A stretch of DNA of 64,000 bases from contig NC_045138.2 of NCBI RefSeq assembly GCF_008831285.2, positions 8,804,001 through 8,868,000 of the forward strand. The letters run 5' to 3'. The translations under genes and the position numbers were made by a program. The notes under the pieces are model-generated. The model did no database searches and was not told the DNA's origin. It worked only from the letters and a program-made list of their open reading frames with translations. Source of the stretch: Nymphaea colorata. Taxonomy: Eukaryota. Positions 62,315 to 64,000 of this stretch are shown in pieces; position 1 is the stretch's first letter; the number at the start of each line of letters is the position of its first letter.

Positions 62315-64000
62315 TGTTAAGACGTGTTTATACTCAGTATTAGGCTTGAGAGGGCACTTGTGTAATAATGTTTCTTTTTAATGACTTTCTTGTAACTTAT
62401 CCCTCTCCTCTAGTCTATATAAAGAGGAGTTAGGGATTCTTTCGAGGTTAATCAAAGATTAGTTCTCTTAAATTCATCATGGTATCAGAGCTCCAGCCGT
62501 CTCCTCCTCAGCGAGTTGTCGCCGACTAAGCAGCGCCGGCCGCCGCCTCATCGGCGTCAGTTGCCGTCGCCCTTTGCCCCCCTGTCCATTGCCGCCTGAT
62601 CCATCCCTGCTGCCCCTCGTCGCCCTACCCATTGTCTGCCTGCGCCGCCTCCGCCTGTGCCGCCTGCGCCCGTCCGCCTGCGCCGCCGCTGCGTGTGCAC
62701 TCTGCCGTTGCTCCGCCCAGCAGATTGCTTCGCCTGTCATCTTCGCCGCCGCCTCAACGCTGATTTTTTCCTCTCTGCGTCTTTCCGCTGCATGCTGCTC
62801 CGCCGCTGCTAAGCACGCTGCTCCTCCGCTGCACGCTGCTCCGCCGCTGTTCCGCCGCTGCTCTGCCCGTGGTTCTGCACGCTGATTTTCTTCTCAGCGT
62901 CGTCTCTGGTATCTCTCTTCGTTCAGCTCTGCTGTTGCCTCTTCTCGCCGATCAGACTTCTGGATTGCTACCTGCGTTAACTGCATATTGCTTCATGATC
63001 AGCATGTTGTCTTTCGATATGTGATTGTATTCTTTTGCCTGCACTTCCTATTCCGTGGCTCGGTTTCCTCCTTTGTGTTGAAAGATGTCTGAAATTAGTA
63101 GTGGCGCTAATACCTCTTCCTTTGTATCGTCGGGAGAGATGAAGAGTTCCCCATTTTCCAGCATTATCACCAAAATGGATGGGGGTAATTACGAGATGTG
63201 GGCCATGCAAGTAAAAAGAACTTTGATCGCTCATGAGAAGGAACATCTCATATTGGAGCCCGAGCCCGTACAGAAGGTAGGAAAATATACTACTTGGTTT
63301 AAAGATAATTCATTGGTTATGGTATGGATTGTTGGTACTCTCTCACAAGAAATTGCAAATGAAGTCTTGCACAAGGACAGTGCAAAGGATATGTGGGATT
63401 CTCTTGCTGCCACTTATTCACAGGCAAGAAATGAAACGCGCATTATGCAGCTTCATCATGATATCCATCAGATGCGACAAGATGGCAGACCTCTTCACAC
63501 TTATTATTCTAGTCTCAAGTCCATGTTTGAGAGACTGAATAGCTACTTTCCCGCATGCAAGTGTGAACAACAAAAGGCATACAGAGATATGCTTATGGTA
63601 GGGGTCTTTCTTTCTGGTTTAGACTCTGTTTATGAATCCGCAAAGAACCAAATGCTTACTAGTCCCTCGATTCCTCCTATTGATGAGGCTTACAGTAGGC
63701 TCAGCAGAATTCCGATCTCTGCATCGATTGTTCCTGATACCACTTCTGCTATGCTTGCTACTCGTGGCAGAGGTGGACCCTTTTTTGCCAGAGGACGAGG
63801 GGGCCGTGGCCGTGGCAATACCCCTTCGCGCCCTGTATGTCAGTTTTGTCACCGCATTGGTCATACTGTGGATAAGTGTTGGCAGAAACATGGTCGTCCA
63901 GCTTTTGCAAACCAGACTGTATCTACTGATTCTCCTGAGCAGCCTAAGCCTCAGCACACTGCCTCCTCCAGTGAGTTGCATGTAGATGACATTCTCTCTC
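62315..64000 (+). mobile_element. Copia element I: 165-bp 5' LTR 62315-62479, PBS 62480-62491, GC-rich UTR, gag reading frame from 63085 running off the window
   Basis: TGTTAAGAC...CATCA|TGGTATCAGAGC; MSEISSG..KMDGGNYEMWAMQV..NSLVMVWI..AKDMWDSL..CQFCHRIGHTVDKCW with no stop seen before 64000. Confidence 0.92.

Noticed and set aside
1..64000. Conserved plant miRNA precursors or rRNA
   Set aside because: No match noticed by eye to common conserved miRNA families or rRNA; the scan was not exhaustive and needs an Rfam/miRBase search.

Overview
Plant (angiosperm) nuclear DNA, rich in transposable elements, with two intact-looking protein-coding genes on the + strand. (1) A 4-exon GH17+X8 glucan endo-1,3-beta-glucosidase (6916-9575, about 530 aa) of the plasmodesmal callose-degrading clade. 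(2) An 8-exon organellar Glu-tRNA(Gln) amidotransferase subunit B, gatB (31538-61347, 539 aa). Its intron 6 is a 25,960-bp GC-AG intron holding a plastid-derived trnY/trnE fragment and at least seven LTR-retrotransposon insertions or remnants; four nesting events are bounded by readable 5-bp target-site duplications. The intergenic DNA holds a Tat/Ogre-like Ty3/gypsy remnant, a decayed hAT transposase, two copia remnants, a 2.5-kb modular satellite with higher-order periodicity, and a TAA-flanked PIF/Harbinger non-autonomous element carrying a PPR gene fragment. Two more nested copia elements start just after the gatB stop. I found no CRISPR array, no rRNA and nothing I can defend as a wholly new biological system. 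The strongest leads are the giant GC-AG intron, the Pack-type Harbinger and the satellite. All coordinates were read by eye and may be off by a few bases; family assignments are from recalled motifs, not database searches.
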